DNA from: the human T2T-CHM13v2.0 reference genome, Homo sapiens
Length of the DNA stretch: 64,000 nt
Assembly: GCF_009914755.1 (NCBI RefSeq)
Contig: NC_060948.1
Direction: 5' to 3' (one strand)
The position numbers and the translations under genes are program-made. The notes beneath the pieces are model-generated. The model did not search any database and was not told the DNA's origin. It saw only the letters and a list, made by a program, of their open reading frames with translations. Below, piece after piece: positions 1 to 14,260 of the stretch. The stretch's first letter is position 1, and each line of letters opens with the position of its first letter.

Positions 1-110
1 GAAACGGAATGCAAAGAAATGGAATGGAATAGTATGGAATGGAATGGAAAGGAATGGAGTGGAATAGACTAGAGTGGAATGGAATGGACTGGAAAGCAAT
101 GGACTGGAAT

Positions 111-125
111 GGAACTTTCTTGAAT
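111..125. promoter_or_regulatory. Perfect heat-shock element motif A (present in all 18 units)
   Basis: gGAAc tTTCt tGAAt matches nGAAnnTTCnnGAAn. The motif match is certain; HSF binding is inferred. Confidence 0.55.
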
Positions 126-1588
126 GGACTGGAATCAAACGGAATGGAATGCAATGCAATCAAATGGCATGGAATAAAATAGAATGAAAGAGAATCAAAT
201 GGAATTGAATCGAATGGAATCGAATGGATTGGAAAGGAATAGAATGGAATGGAATGGAATGGACTCAAATGGAATGGACTAGAATGGAATGGATTCGAAT
301 GGAAGGCAAAGGAATGGAATCTACTGGAATGGACTGTAATGGAATGGAATGGAAGGGATTGGAATGGACTCGAATGGAATGGACTGCAATAGAAAGGATT
401 CGAATGGAATGAAAAAGAATTGAATGGAATAGAACAGAATGGAATCAAATCGAATGAAATGGAATGGAATAGAAAGGAATGGAATGAAATGGAATGGAAA
501 GGATTCGAATGGAATGCAATCGAATGGAATGGAATCGAACGGAATGGAATAAAATGGAAGAAAACTGGCAAGAAATGGAATCGAAATGAATGGAGTGTTA
601 TGGAACGGACTCAAAAGGAATTGAATGTAATAGAATGGAGTGGAGTGGACTCGAATATAATGGACTGGAATGGAATGAAATCACATGGAATGGGAACGAA
701 TGGAATGGAATGGAAAGGAATGGAATCGAATGGAAAGGAATCGAATGGAAGGGAATGAAATTGAATCAACAGGAATGGAAGGGAATAGAATAGACGGTAA
801 TGGAATGGACTCGAATAGAATGGACACGAATGCTCAAATTGAATGGACTCGAATGGAATGGAAACGAAAGGAATGTCATCGAATGGAATTGAATCGATTG
901 GAATGAAATCGCATAGAATGGAGTGGAATCAAATGGAATTGAATCGAAAGGAAAGGAAGCGAATGGACTGAAATGAAATGGAATGGAATTGAATGGAAAG
1001 TAATGCAATGGAATAGAATGGAACGAAATTTCACGGAATGGAATCAAACTGAATGGAATCAAATCAATGGAATCAAATCAAATGGAATGGAAAGGAATTG
1101 AATGGAGTAGATTGGATTGGATGGGATTGGAATGAAATGTACTGGAAAGGACTCGAATTTCATGAAACGGAATGGAATGAATTGGAACGGAATGGACTCG
1201 AATGGAATGGAATGTCATGGAATGGCATCAAATGGAATGGCATCAAATGGAATGGAATCGAATGCAATGGAATGCTATGGAATGGAATGGAATGCATTGG
1301 AATGGAATGTCCTCTAATGGAATGGATTCGAGTGGAATGGAATCGAATATAATGGAGTCGAATGAAATGGAATTGAAAGGAATGGGATCGAATAGAATGG
1401 AATATACTGGAATGTAATGTAATGAACTCGAATGTAATTGACTGGAATGGAATGTACATGAATGGAATGTAATCGAATGGAAAGTAATCCAATGGAATAG
1501 AATCTAATGCAATAAAACCGACTCAGATAGAGTAGAATGTAATGGAATGGAGTGCAGTGCAATGGAAGGGAATGGAATTGAATGCAAT

Positions 1589-1628
1589 GGAATGGAATGG
1601 AATGGAATGGAATGGAATGGAATGGAAT
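1589..1628 (+). repeat. Pure (GGAAT)n tract, variable in length between units
   Basis: 8 perfect copies here. The homologous tract ranges from 4 copies (26570-26589) to 10 copies (22991-23040, 47908-47957). Confidence 0.9.
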
Positions 1629-2368
1629 GGGATGGAATGGTATGGAATGGATAGTAATGGACTGGAGTGAAATGGACTGGAAAGGAATGGACTCAAATTG
1701 AAAGGGCTCGAAAGGAATGGAGTCAAATGGAATGGTCTGGAATGGAATGAACACGAATGTAATGCAATCCAATAGAATGGAATCGAATGGCATGGAATAT
1801 AAAGAAATGGAATCGAAGAGAATGGAAACAAATGGAATGGAATTGAATGGAATGGAATTGAATGGAATGGGAACGAATGGAGTGAAATTGTATGCAGTAG
1901 AAGGGAATAGAATGGAATGCAAGCGAAAGGAAAGGAATGGATTGGAATGGAATGGAATTCATTGGAATGGAAGGGAATGTAGTGTAATGGACAGGCCTGG
2001 AATAAAGTGGAATGCTACGGTCTCGAATGGAATAAAAATGTATGGAATGGAATGCAATGAAACGGAATCGAATGTCATAGAATGTAATGGAATGCAAAAA
2101 AATGGAATCCAAAATCATTGACTGGAAAGGCTGGGTGTCGAAAGGAATTGACTCCAATGGAATGGAATCGAATGGAATGGAAGTGAATAGAATCGAACTA
2201 AATCGAATGGAATGGAATTGATAGGAACGGAATGGAAAGGAATGCAATGATTTGGCATGGAATGGAATCGAATGGCATCGAATGGAATGGAATGGAATGC
2301 AATGGAATGGAATGTATTAGAATGTAATGAACTTTAATGGAATGTACTCGAATGGATTCGACTGGAAT

Positions 2369-2383
2369 GGAATGTTCTGGAAG
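2369..2383. promoter_or_regulatory. Perfect heat-shock element motif B (present in all 18 units)
   Basis: gGAAt gTTCt gGAAg matches nGAAnnTTCnnGAAn. Function is inferred. Confidence 0.55.
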
Positions 2384-2648
2384 TGAATGGACTCCAATGG
2401 AATGGATTCAAAAGGAATGGAATCGTACGGAATGGAATCTAATGGAATGGAATTAAATGGAAATGAATCAAATTGAATAGCACGGAATTGAATTGAATGG
2501 AATGGAATGCAATGGAATCTAATGAAACGGAAAGGAAAGGAATGGAATGGAATGGAATGGACTGGAATGGAAAGGAATCGAAACGAATGGAATGGAATCG
2601 AACTGAAGAGACTGGAATGGAATGCACTGGAATGGAAGGGAGTGTAAT

Positions 2649-2663
2649 GGAAGGTTCTCGAAA
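2649..2663. promoter_or_regulatory. Perfect heat-shock element motif C (present in all 18 units)
   Basis: gGAAg gTTCt cGAAa matches nGAAnnTTCnnGAAn. Function is inferred. Confidence 0.55.
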
Positions 2664-3564
2664 AAAATGGAATCGAATGGAATGGAATTGAATGGAACGG
2701 AATAGAGTCGAATGGAATTGAATGGAATTGAATGGACTAGAGTGAAATGGAATCGAACCACAAGGAATGGACATGAATAGAATGGTCTCGAATTGAATGG
2801 AATCGTATGGAATGGCATCAAACGGAATGGAATGGACAGCCACGGAATGGAATGCACTCGAATGCAATGGAGTCGAAACTAATGGACTGGAATAGAATGG
2901 ACTCGACTGGTACGGACTCCAATGGAATGGAATCGAATGGAAGGGAATCGAACGGAATGGACTCGAAGGGAAAAGACTGCAATGGAAAGGTCTCGAATGG
3001 AATGGAAATTAATGGAATGGAATGGAATCGAATGAAATGGAGTCAAAAGGAATGGAATCGTATGGCAAGAAATCGAATGTAATGGAATCACAAGGAATTG
3101 ATGTGAACGGAACGGAATGGAATGGAATCCAAAGGAATGGAATAGAATGGAATGGAATCGAATGGAAAGGACTCGAATGGAAATCACTCGAATAGAATGC
3201 AATTTAATAAAATAGGATCAAATGTAATGGAATGGAATGGAAAGGAATCAAAACGAAAGGAATGGAGACAGATGGAATGGAATAGAACAGAGAGCAATGG
3301 TATGGAATGGAATGGAATCATCTAGAATGGAACTGAATGGAATGGAATAATATGAAATGGAATGGAATGGAATGGAATGGAATGCCCTTGAATTAAATGG
3401 ACTGGAATGGAATGGACTCGAACAGAGTGGAATGGAAAGTGTTGAGATAGAATGGAATGGACTCCTTTGGAATGGTGTAGTATGCAATGCAATCGACTGG
3501 CAGGGAATCAAAAGGAATGTAATGGAATGGACTGGACTGGAATGCAATGGACTCGAATAGATTG

Positions 3565-6500
3565 GAAACGGAATGCAAAGAAATGGAATGGAATAGTATG
3601 GAATGGAATGGAAAGGAATGGAGTGGAATAGACTAGAGTGGAATGGAATGGACTGGAAAGCAATGGACTGGAATGGAACTTTCTTGAATGGACTGGAATC
3701 AAACGGAATGGAATGCAATGCAATCAAATGGCATGGAATAAAATAGAATGAAAGAGAATCAAATGGAATTGAATCGAATGGAATCGAATGGATTGGAAAG
3801 GAATAGAATGGAATGGAATGGAATTGACTCAAATGGAATGGACTAGAATGGAATGGATTCGAATGGAAGGCAAAGGAATGGAATCTATTGGAATGGACTG
3901 TAATGGAATGGAATGGAAGGGATTGGAATGGACTCGAATAGAATGGACTGCAATAGAAAGGATTCGAATGGAATGAAAAAGAATTGAATGGAATAGAACA
4001 GAATGGAATCAAATCGAATGAAATGGAATGGAATAGAAAGGAATGGAATGAAATGGAATGGAAAGGATTCGAATGGAATGCAATCGAATGGAATGGAATC
4101 GAACGGAATGGAATAAAATGGAAGAAAACTGGCAAGAAATGGAATCGAAATGAATGGAGTGTTATGGAACGGACTAAAAAGGAATTGAATGTAATAGAAT
4201 GGAGTGGAGTGGACTCGAATATAATGGACTGGAATGGAATGAAATCACATGGAATGGGAACGAATGGAATGGAATGGAAAGGAATGGAATCGAATGGAAA
4301 GGAATCGAATGGAAGGGAATGAAATTGAATCAACAGGAATGGAAGGGAATAGAATAGACGGTAATGGAATGGACTCGAATAGAATGGACACGAATGCTCA
4401 AATTGAATGGACTCGAATGGAATGGAAACGAAAGGAATGTCATCGAATGGAATTGAATCGATTGGAATGAAATCGCATAGAATGGAGTGGAATCAAATGG
4501 AATTGAATCGAAAGGAAAGGAAGCGAATGGACTGAAATGAAATGGAATGGAATTGAATGGAAAGTAATGCAATGGAATAGAATGGAACTAAATTTCACGG
4601 AATGGAATCAAACTGAATGGAATCAAATCAATGGAATCAAATCAAATGGAATGGAAAGGAATTGAATGGAGTAGATTGGATTGGATGGGATTGGAATGAA
4701 ATGTACTGGAAAGGACTCGAATTTCATGAAACGGAATGGAATGAATTGGAACGGAATGGACTGGAATGGAATGGAATGTCATGGAATGGCATCAAATGGA
4801 ATGGCATCAAATGGAATGGAATCGAATGCAATGGAATGCTATGGAATGGAATGGAATGCATTGGAATGGAATGTCCTCTAATGGAATGGATTCGAGTGGA
4901 ATGGAATCGAATATAATGGAGTCGAATGAAATGGAATTGAAAGGAATGGGATCGAATACAATGGAATATACTGGAATGTAACGTAATGAACTCGAATGTA
5001 ATTGACTGGAATGGAATGTACATGAATGGAATGTAATCGAATGGAAAGTAATCCAATGGAATAGAATCTAATGCAATAAAATCGACTCAGATAGAGTAGA
5101 ATGTAATGGAATGGAGTGCAGTGCAATGGAATGGAATGGAATGGAATGCAATTGAATGGAATGGAATGGAATGGAATGGAATGGAATGGGATGGAATGGT
5201 ATGGAATGGATAGTAATGGACTGGAGTGAAATGGACTGGAAAGGAATGGACTCAAATTGAAAGGGCTCAAAAGGAATGGAGTCAAATGGAATGGTCTGGA
5301 ATGGAATGAACACGAATGTAATGCAATCCAAAAGAATGGAATCGAATGGCATGGAATATAAAGAAATGGAATCGGAGAGAATGGAAACAAATGGAATGGA
5401 ATTGAATGGAATGGAATTGAATGGAATGGGAACGAATGGAGTGAAATTGTATGCAGTAGAAGGGAATAGAATGGAATGCAAGCGAAAGGAAAGGAATGGA
5501 TTGGAATGGAATGGAATTCATTGGAATGGAAGGGAATGTAGTGTAATGGACAGGCCTGGAATAAAGTGGAATGCTACGGTCTCGAATGGAATAAAAATGT
5601 ATGGAATGGAATGCAATGAAATGGAATCGAATGTCATAGAATGTAATGGAATGCAACAAAATGGAATCCAAAATCATTGGCTGGAAAGGCTGGGTGTCGA
5701 AAGGAATTGACTCCAATGGAATGGAATCGAATGGAATGGAAGTGAATAGAATCGAACTAAATCGAATGGAATGGAATTGATAGGAACGGAATGGAAAGGA
5801 ATGCAATGATTTGGCATGGAATGGAATCGAATGGCATCGAATGGAATGGAATGGAATGCAATGGAATGGAATGTATTAGAATGTAATGAACTTTAATGGA
5901 ATGTACTCGAATGGATTCGACTGGAATGGAATGTTCTGGAAGTGAATGGACTCCAATGGAATAGATTCCAAAGGAATGGAATCGTACGGAATGGAATCTA
6001 ATGGAATGGAATTAAATGGAAATGAATCAAATTGAATAGCACGGAATTGAATTGAATGGAATGGAATGCAATGGAATCTAATGAAACGGAAAGGAAAGGA
6101 ATGGAATGGAATGGAATGGGCTGGAATGGAAAGGAATCGAAACGAATGGAATGGAATCGAACTGAAGAGACTGGAATGGAATGCACTGGAATGGAAGGGA
6201 GTGTAATGGAAGGTTCTCGAAAAAAATGGAATCGAATGGAATGGAATTGAATGGAACGGAATAGAGTCGAATGGAATTGAATGGAATGGAATGGACTAGA
6301 GTGATATGGAATCGAACCACAAGGAATGGAGAGGAATAGAATGGTCTCGAATTGAATGGAATCGTATGGAGTGGCATCAAACGGAATGGAATGGACAGCC
6401 ACGGAATGGAATGCACTCGAATGCAATGGAGTCGAAACTAATGGACTGGAATAGAATGGACTCGACTGGTACGGACTCCAATGGAATGGAATCGAATGGA

Positions 6501-7123
6501 AGGGAATCGAACGGAATGGACTCGAAGGGAAAAGACTGCAATGGAAAGGTCTCGAATGGAATGGAAATTAATGGAATGGAATGGAATCGAATGAAATGGA
6601 GTCAAAAGGAATGGAATCGAATGGCAACAAATCGAATGTAATGGAATCGCAAGGAATTGACGTGAAAGGAACGGAATGGAATGGAATCCAAAGGAATGGA
6701 ATAGAATGGAATGGAATCGAATGGAAAGGACTCGAATGGAAATCACTCGAATAGAATGCAATTTAATAAAATAGGATCAAATGTAATGGAATGGAATGGA
6801 AAGGAATCGAAACGAAAGGAATGGAGACAGATGGAATGGAATGGAACAGAGAGCAATGGTGTAGAATGGAATGGAATCATCTGGAATGGAATTGAATGGA
6901 ATGGAATAATATGAAATGGAATGGAATGGAATGGAATGGAATGCCCTTGAATTAAATGGACTGGAATGGAATGGACTCGAACAGAGTGGAATGGAAAGTG
7001 TTGAGATAGAATGGAATGGACTCCTTTGGAATGGTGTAGTATGCAATGCAATCGACTGGCAGGGAATCAAAAGGAATGTAATGGAATGGACTGGACTGGA
7101 ATGCAATGGACTCGAATAGATTG
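3565..7123 (+). repeat. Unit 2 (3559 bp)
   Basis: Landmark spacing (marker ORF 3788 to 7347). Confidence 0.92.
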
Positions 7124-10100
7124 GAAACGGAATGCAAAGAAATGGAATGGAATAGTATGGAATGGAATGGAAAGGAATGGAGTGGAATAGACTAGAGTGG
7201 AATGGAATGGACTGGAAAGCAATGGACTGGAATGGAACTTTCTTGAATGGACTGGAATCAAACGGAATGGAATGCAATGCAATCAAATGGCATGGAATAA
7301 AATAGAATGAAAGAGAATCAAATGGAATTGAATCGAATGGAATCGAATGGATTGGAAAGGAATAGAATGGAATGGAATGGAATGGACTCAAATGGAATGG
7401 ACTAGAATGGAATGGATTCGAATGGAAGGCAAAGGAATGGAATCTATTGGAATGGACTGTAATGGAATGGAATGGAAGGGATTGGAATGGACTCGAATGG
7501 AATGGACTGCAATAGAAAGGATTCGAATGGAATGAAAAAGAATTGAATGGAATAGAACAGAATGGAATCAAATCGAATGAAATGGAATGGAATAGAAAGG
7601 AATGGAATGAAATGGAATGGAAAGGATTCGAATGGAATGCAATCGAATGGAATGGAATCGAACGGAATGGAATAAAATGGAAGAAAACTGGCAAGAAATG
7701 GAATCGAAATGAATGGAGTGTTATGGAACGGACTCAAAAGGAATTGAATGTAATAGAATGGAGTGGAGTGGACTCGAATATAATGGACTGGAATGGAATG
7801 AAATCACATGGAATGGGAACGAATGGAATGGAATGGAAAGGAATGGAATCGAATGGAAAGGAATCGAATGGAAGGGAATGAAATTGAATCAACAGGAATG
7901 GAAGGGAATAGAATAGACGGTAATGGAATGGACTCGAATAGAATGGACACGAATGCTCAAATTAAATGGACTCGAATGGAATGGAAACGAAAGGAATGTC
8001 ATCGAATGGAATTGAATCGATTGGAATGAAATCGCATAGAATGGAGTGGAATCAAATGGAATTGAATCGAAAGGAAAGGAAGCGAATGGACTGAAATGAA
8101 ATGGAATGGAATTGAATGGAAAGTAATGCAATGGAATAGAATGGAACGAAATTTCACGGAATGGAATCAAACTGAATGGAATCAAATCAATGGAATCAAA
8201 TCAAATGGAATGGAAAGGAATTGAATGGAGTAGATTGGATTGGATGGGATTGGAATGAAATGTACTGGAAAGGACTCGAATTTCATGAAACGGAATGGAA
8301 TGAATTGGAACGGAATGGACTCGAATGGAATGGAATGTCATGGAATGGCATCAAATGGAATGGCATCAAATGGAATGGAATCGAATGCAATGGAATGCTA
8401 TGGAATGGAATGGAATGCATTGGAATGGAATGTCCTCTAATGGAATGGATTCGAGTGGAATGGAATCGAATATAATGGAGTCGAATGAAATGGAATTGAA
8501 AGGAATGGGATCGAATACAATGGAATATACTGGAATGTAATGTAATGAACTCGAATGTAATTGACTGGAATGGAATGTACATGAATGGAATGTAATCGAA
8601 TGGAAAGTAATCCAATGGAATAGAATCTAATGCAATAAAACCGACTCAGATAGAGTAGAATGTAATGGAATGGAGTGCAGTACAATGGAAGGGAATGGAA
8701 TTGAATGCAATGGAATGGAATGGAATGGAATGGAATGGAATGGAATGGAATGGAATGGGATGGAATGGTATGGAATGGATAGTAATGGACTGGAGTGAAA
8801 TGGACTGGAAAGGAATGGACTCAAATTGAAAGGGCTCGAAAGGAATGGAGTCAAATGGAATGGTCTGGAATGGAATGAACACGAATGTAATGCAATCCAA
8901 TAGAATGGAATCGAATGGCATGGAATATAAAGAAATGGAATCGAAGAGAATGGAAACAAATGGAATGGAATTGAATGGAATGGAATTGAATGGAATGGGA
9001 ACGAATGGAGTGAAATTGTATGCAGTAGAAGGGAATAGAATGGAATGCAAGCGAAAGGAAAGGAATGGATTGGAATGGAATGGAATTCATTGGAATGGAA
9101 GGGAATGTAGTGTAATGGACAGGCCTGGAATAAAGTGGAATGCTACGGTCTCGAATGGAATAAAAATGTATGGAATGGAATGCAATGAAACGGAATCGAA
9201 TGTCATAGAATGTAATGGAATGCAAAAAAATGGAATCCAAAATCATTGACTGGAAAGGCTGGGTGTCGAAAGGAATTGACTCCAATGGAATGGAATCGAA
9301 TGGAATGGAAGTGAATAGAATCGAACTAAATCGAATGGAATGGAATTGATAGGAACGGAATGGAAAGGAATGCAATGATTTGGCATGGAATGGAATCGAA
9401 TGGCATCGAATGGAATGGAATGGAATGCAATGGAATGGAATGTATTAGAATGTAATGAACTTTAATGGAATGTACTCGAATGGATTCGACTGGAATGGAA
9501 TGTTCTGGAAGTGAATGGACTCCAATGGAATGGATTCAAAAGGAATGGAATCGTACGGAATGGAATCTAATGGAATGGAATTAAATGGAAATGAATCAAA
9601 TTGAATAGCACGGAATTGAATTGAATGGAATGGAATGCAATGGAATCTAATGAAACGGAAAGGAAAGGAATGGAATGGAATGGAATGGACTGGAATGGAA
9701 AGGAATCGAAACGAATGGAATGGAATCGAACTGAAGAGACTGGAATGGAATGCACTGGAATGGAAGGGAGTGTAATGGAAGGTTCTCGAAAAAAATGGAA
9801 TCGAATGGAATGGAATTGAATGGAACGGAATAGAGTCGAATGGAATTGAATGGAATGGAATGGACTAGAGTGAAATGGAATCGAACCGCAAGGAATGGAC
9901 ATGAATAGAATGGTCTCGAATTGAATGGAATCGTATGGAATGGCATCAAACGGAATGGAATGCACAGCCACGGAATGGAATGCACTCGAATGCAATGGAG
10001 TCGAAACTAATGGACTGGAATAGAATGGACTCGACTGGTACGGACTCCAATGGAATGGAATCGAACGGAAGGGAATCGAACGGAATGGACTCGAAGGGAA

Positions 10101-10692
10101 AAGACTGCAATGGAAAGGTCTCGAATGGAATGGAAATTAATGGAATGGAATGGAATCGAATGAAATGTAGTCAAAAGGAATGGAATCGTATGGCAAGAAA
10201 TCGAATGTAATGGAATCACAAGGAATTGATGTGAACGGAACGGAATGGAATGGAATCCAAAGGAATGGAATAGAATGGAATGGAATCGAATGGAAAGGAC
10301 TCGAATGGAAATCACTCGAATAGAATGCAATTTAATAAAATAGGATCAAATGTAATGGAATGGAATGAAAAGGAATCGAAACGAAAGGAATGGAGACAGA
10401 TGGAATGGAATGGAACAGAGAGCAATGGTATAGAATGGAATGGAATCATCTGGAATGGAATTGAATGGAATGGAATAATATGAAATGGAATGGAATGGAA
10501 TGGAATGGAATGCCCTTGAATTAAATGGACTGGAATGGAATGGACTCGAACAGAGTGGAATGGAAAGTGTTGAGATAGAATGGAATGGACTCCTTTGGAA
10601 TGGTGTAGTATGCAATGCAATCGACTGGCAGGGAATCAAAAGGAATGTAATCGAATGGATTGGACTGGAATGCAATGGACTCGAATAGATTG
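7124..10692 (+). repeat. Unit 3 (3569 bp)
   Basis: Landmark spacing 7347 to 10916. Confidence 0.92.
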
Positions 10693-13600
10693 CAAACAGA
10701 ATGCAAAGGAATGGAATGGAATAGTATGGAATGGAATGGAAAGGAATGGAGTGGAATAGACTAGAGTGGAATGGAATGGACTGGAAAGCAATGGACTGGA
10801 ATGGAACTTTCTTGAATGGACTGGAATCAAACGGAATGGAATGCAATGCAATCAAATGGCATGGAATAAAATAGAATGAAAGAGAATCAAATGGAATTGA
10901 ATCGAATGGAATCGAATGGATTGGAAAGGAATAGAATGGAATGGAATGGAATTGACTCAAATGGAATGGACTAGAATGGAATGGATTCGAATGGAAGGCA
11001 AAGGAATGGAATCTATTGGAATGGACTGTAATGGAATGGAATGGAAGGGATTGGAATGGACTCGAATGGAATGGACTGCAATAGAAAGGATTCGAATGGA
11101 ATGAAAAAGAATTGAATGGAATAGAACAGAATGGAATCAAATCGAATGAAATGGAATGGAATAGAAAGGAATGGAATGAAATGGAATGGAAAGGATTCGA
11201 ATGGAATGCAATCGAATGGAATGGAATCGAACGGAATGGAATAAAATGGAAGAAAACTGGCAAGAAATGGAATCGAAATGAATGGAGTGTTATGGAACGG
11301 ACTCAAAAGGAATTGAATGTAATAGAATGGAGTGGAGTGGACTCGAATATAATGGACTGGAATGGAATGAAATCACATGGAATGGGAACGAATGGAATGG
11401 AATGGAAAGGAATGGAATCGAATGGAAAGGAATCGAATGGAAGGGAATGAAATTGAATCAACAGGAATGGAAGGGAATAGAATAGACGGTAATGGAATGG
11501 ACTCGAATAGAATGGACACGAATGCTCAAATTGAATGGACTCGAATGGAATGGAAACGAAAGGAATGTCATCGAATGGAATTGAATCGATTGGAATGAAA
11601 TCGCATAGAATGGAGTGGAATCAAATGGAATTGAATCGAAAGGAAAGGAAGCGAATGGACTGAAATGAAATGGAATGGAATTGAATGGAAAGTAATGCAA
11701 TGGAATAGAATGGAACGAAATTTCACGGAACGGAATCAAACTGAATGGAATCAAATCAATGGAATCCACTCAAATGGAATGGAAAGGAATTGAATGGAGT
11801 AGATTGGATTGGATGGGATTGGAATGAAATGTACTGGAAAGGACTCGAATTTCATGAAACGGAATGGAATGAATTGGAACGGAATGGACTCGAATGGAAT
11901 GGAATTTCATGGAATGGCATCAAATGGTATGGCATCAAATGGAATGGAATCGAATGCAATGGAATGCTATGGAATGGAATGGAATGCATTGGAATGGAAT
12001 GTCCTCTAATGGAATGGATTCGAGTGGAATGGAATCGAATATAATGGAGTCGAATGAAATGGAATTGAAAGGAATGGGATCGAATACAATGGAATATACT
12101 GGAATGTAATGTAATGAACTCGAATGTAATTGACTGGAATGGAATGTACATGAATGGAATGTAATCGAATGGAAAGTAATCCAATGGAATAGAATCTAAT
12201 GCAATAAAATCGACTCAGATAGAGTAGAATGTAATGGAATGGAGTGCAGTGCAATGGAATGGAATGGAATGGAATGCAATGGAATGGAATGGAATGGAAT
12301 GGAATGGAATGGAATGGAATGGGATGGGATGGAATGGTATGGAATGGATAGTAATGGACTGGAGTGAAATGGACTGGAAAGGAATGGACTCAAATTGAAA
12401 GGGCTCGAAAGGAATGGAGTCAAATGGAATGGTCTGGAATGGAATGAACACGAATGTAATGCAATCCAATAGAATGGAATCGAATGGCATGGAATATAAA
12501 GAAATGGAATCGGAGAGAATGGAAACAAATGGAATGGAATTGAATGGAATGGAATTGAATGGAATGGGAACGAATGGAGTGAAATTGTATGCAGTAGAAG
12601 GGAATAGAATGGAATGCAAGCGAAAGGAAAGGAATGGATTGGAATGGAATGGAATTCATTGGAATGGAAGGGAATGTAGTGTAATGGACAGGCCTGGAAT
12701 AAAGTGGAATGCTACGGTCTCGAATGGAATAAAAATGTATGGAATGGAATGCAATGAAATGGAATCGAATGTCATAGAATGTAATGGAATGCAAAAAATG
12801 GAATCCAAAATCATTGACTGGAAAGGCTGGGTGTCGAAAGGAATTGACTCCAATGGAATGGAATCGAATGGAATGGAAGTGAATAGAATCGAACTAAATC
12901 GAATGGAATGGAATTGATAGGAACGGAATGGAAAGGAATGCAATGATTTGGCATGGAATGGAATCGAATGGCATCGAATGGAATGGAATGGAATGCAATG
13001 GAATGGAATGTATTAGAATATAATGAACTTTAATGGAATGTACTCGAATGGATTCGACTGGAATGGAATGTTCTGGAAGTGAATGGACTCCAATGGAATG
13101 GATTCAAAAGGAATGGAATCGTACGGAATGGAATCTAATGGAATGGAATTAAATGGAAATGAATCAAATTGAATAGCATGGAATTGAATTGAATGGAATG
13201 GAATGCAATGGAATCTAATGAAACGGAAAGGAAAGGAATGGAATGGAATGGAATGGGCTGGAATGGAAAGGAATCGAAACGAATGGAATGGAATCGAACT
13301 GAAGAGACTGGAATGGACTGCACTGGAATGGAAGGGAGTGTAATGGAAGGTTCTCGAAAAAAATGGAATCGAATGGAATGGAATTGAATGGAACGGAATA
13401 GAGTCGAATGGAATTGAATGGAATGGAATGGACTAGAGTGAAATGGAATCGAACCACAAGGAATGGAGAGGAATAGAATGGTCTCGAATTGAATGGAATC
13501 GTATGGAATGGCATCAAACGGAATGGAATGGACAGCCACGGAATGGAATGCACTCGAATGCAATGGAGTCGAAACTAATGGACTGGAATAGAATGGACTC

Positions 13601-14260
13601 GACTGGTACGGACTCCAATGGAATGGAATCGAATGGAAGGGAATCGAACGGAATGGACTCGAAGGGAAAAGACTGCAATGGAAAGGTCTCGAATGGAATG
13701 GAAATTAATGGAATGGAATGGAATCGAATGAAATGGAGTCAAAAGGAATGGAATCGAATGGCAAGAAATCGAATGTAATGGAATCGCAAGGAATTGATGT
13801 GAACGGAACGGAATGGAATGGAATCCAAAGGAATGGAATAGAATGGAATGGAATCGAATGGAAAGGACTCGAATGGCAATCACTCGAATAGAATGCAATT
13901 TAATAAAATAGGATCAAATGTAATGGAATGGAATGGAAAGGAATCGAAACGAAAGGAATGGAGACAGATGGAATGGAATGGAACAGAGAGCAATGGTATA
14001 GAATGGAATGGAATCATCTGGAATGGAATTGAATGGAATGGAATAATATGAAATGGAATGGAATGGAATGGAATGGAATGCCCTTGAATTAAATGGACTG
14101 GAATGGAATGGACTCGAACAGAGTGGAATGGAAAGTGTTGAGATAGAATGGAATGGACTCCTTTGGAATGGTGTAGTATGCAATGCAATCGACTGGCAGG
14201 GAATCAAAAGGAATGTAATCGAATGGATTGGACTGGAATGCAATGGACTTGAATAGATTG
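10693..14260 (+). repeat. Unit 4 (3568 bp; 1-bp A-run deletion)
   Basis: Landmark spacing 10916 to 14484. GC-A6-TGG at 12791 instead of A7. Confidence 0.92.

Larger units (their letters stand above)
1..3564 (+). repeat. Unit 1 (3564 bp; phase set arbitrarily at the window start)
   Basis: GAAACGGAATGCAAAG at 1 recurs at 3565. EcoRI GAATTC at 1955-1960, HaeIII GGCC at 1994-1997. Confidence 0.93.

Noticed and set aside
173-3212. Several AATAAA hexamers per unit (near 173, 548, 1511, 2001, 2031, 3206) as poly(A) signals
   Set aside because: They arise easily from GGAAT-AAAAT variants in A-rich sequence. There is no downstream GU-rich element or transcript evidence in the sequence.
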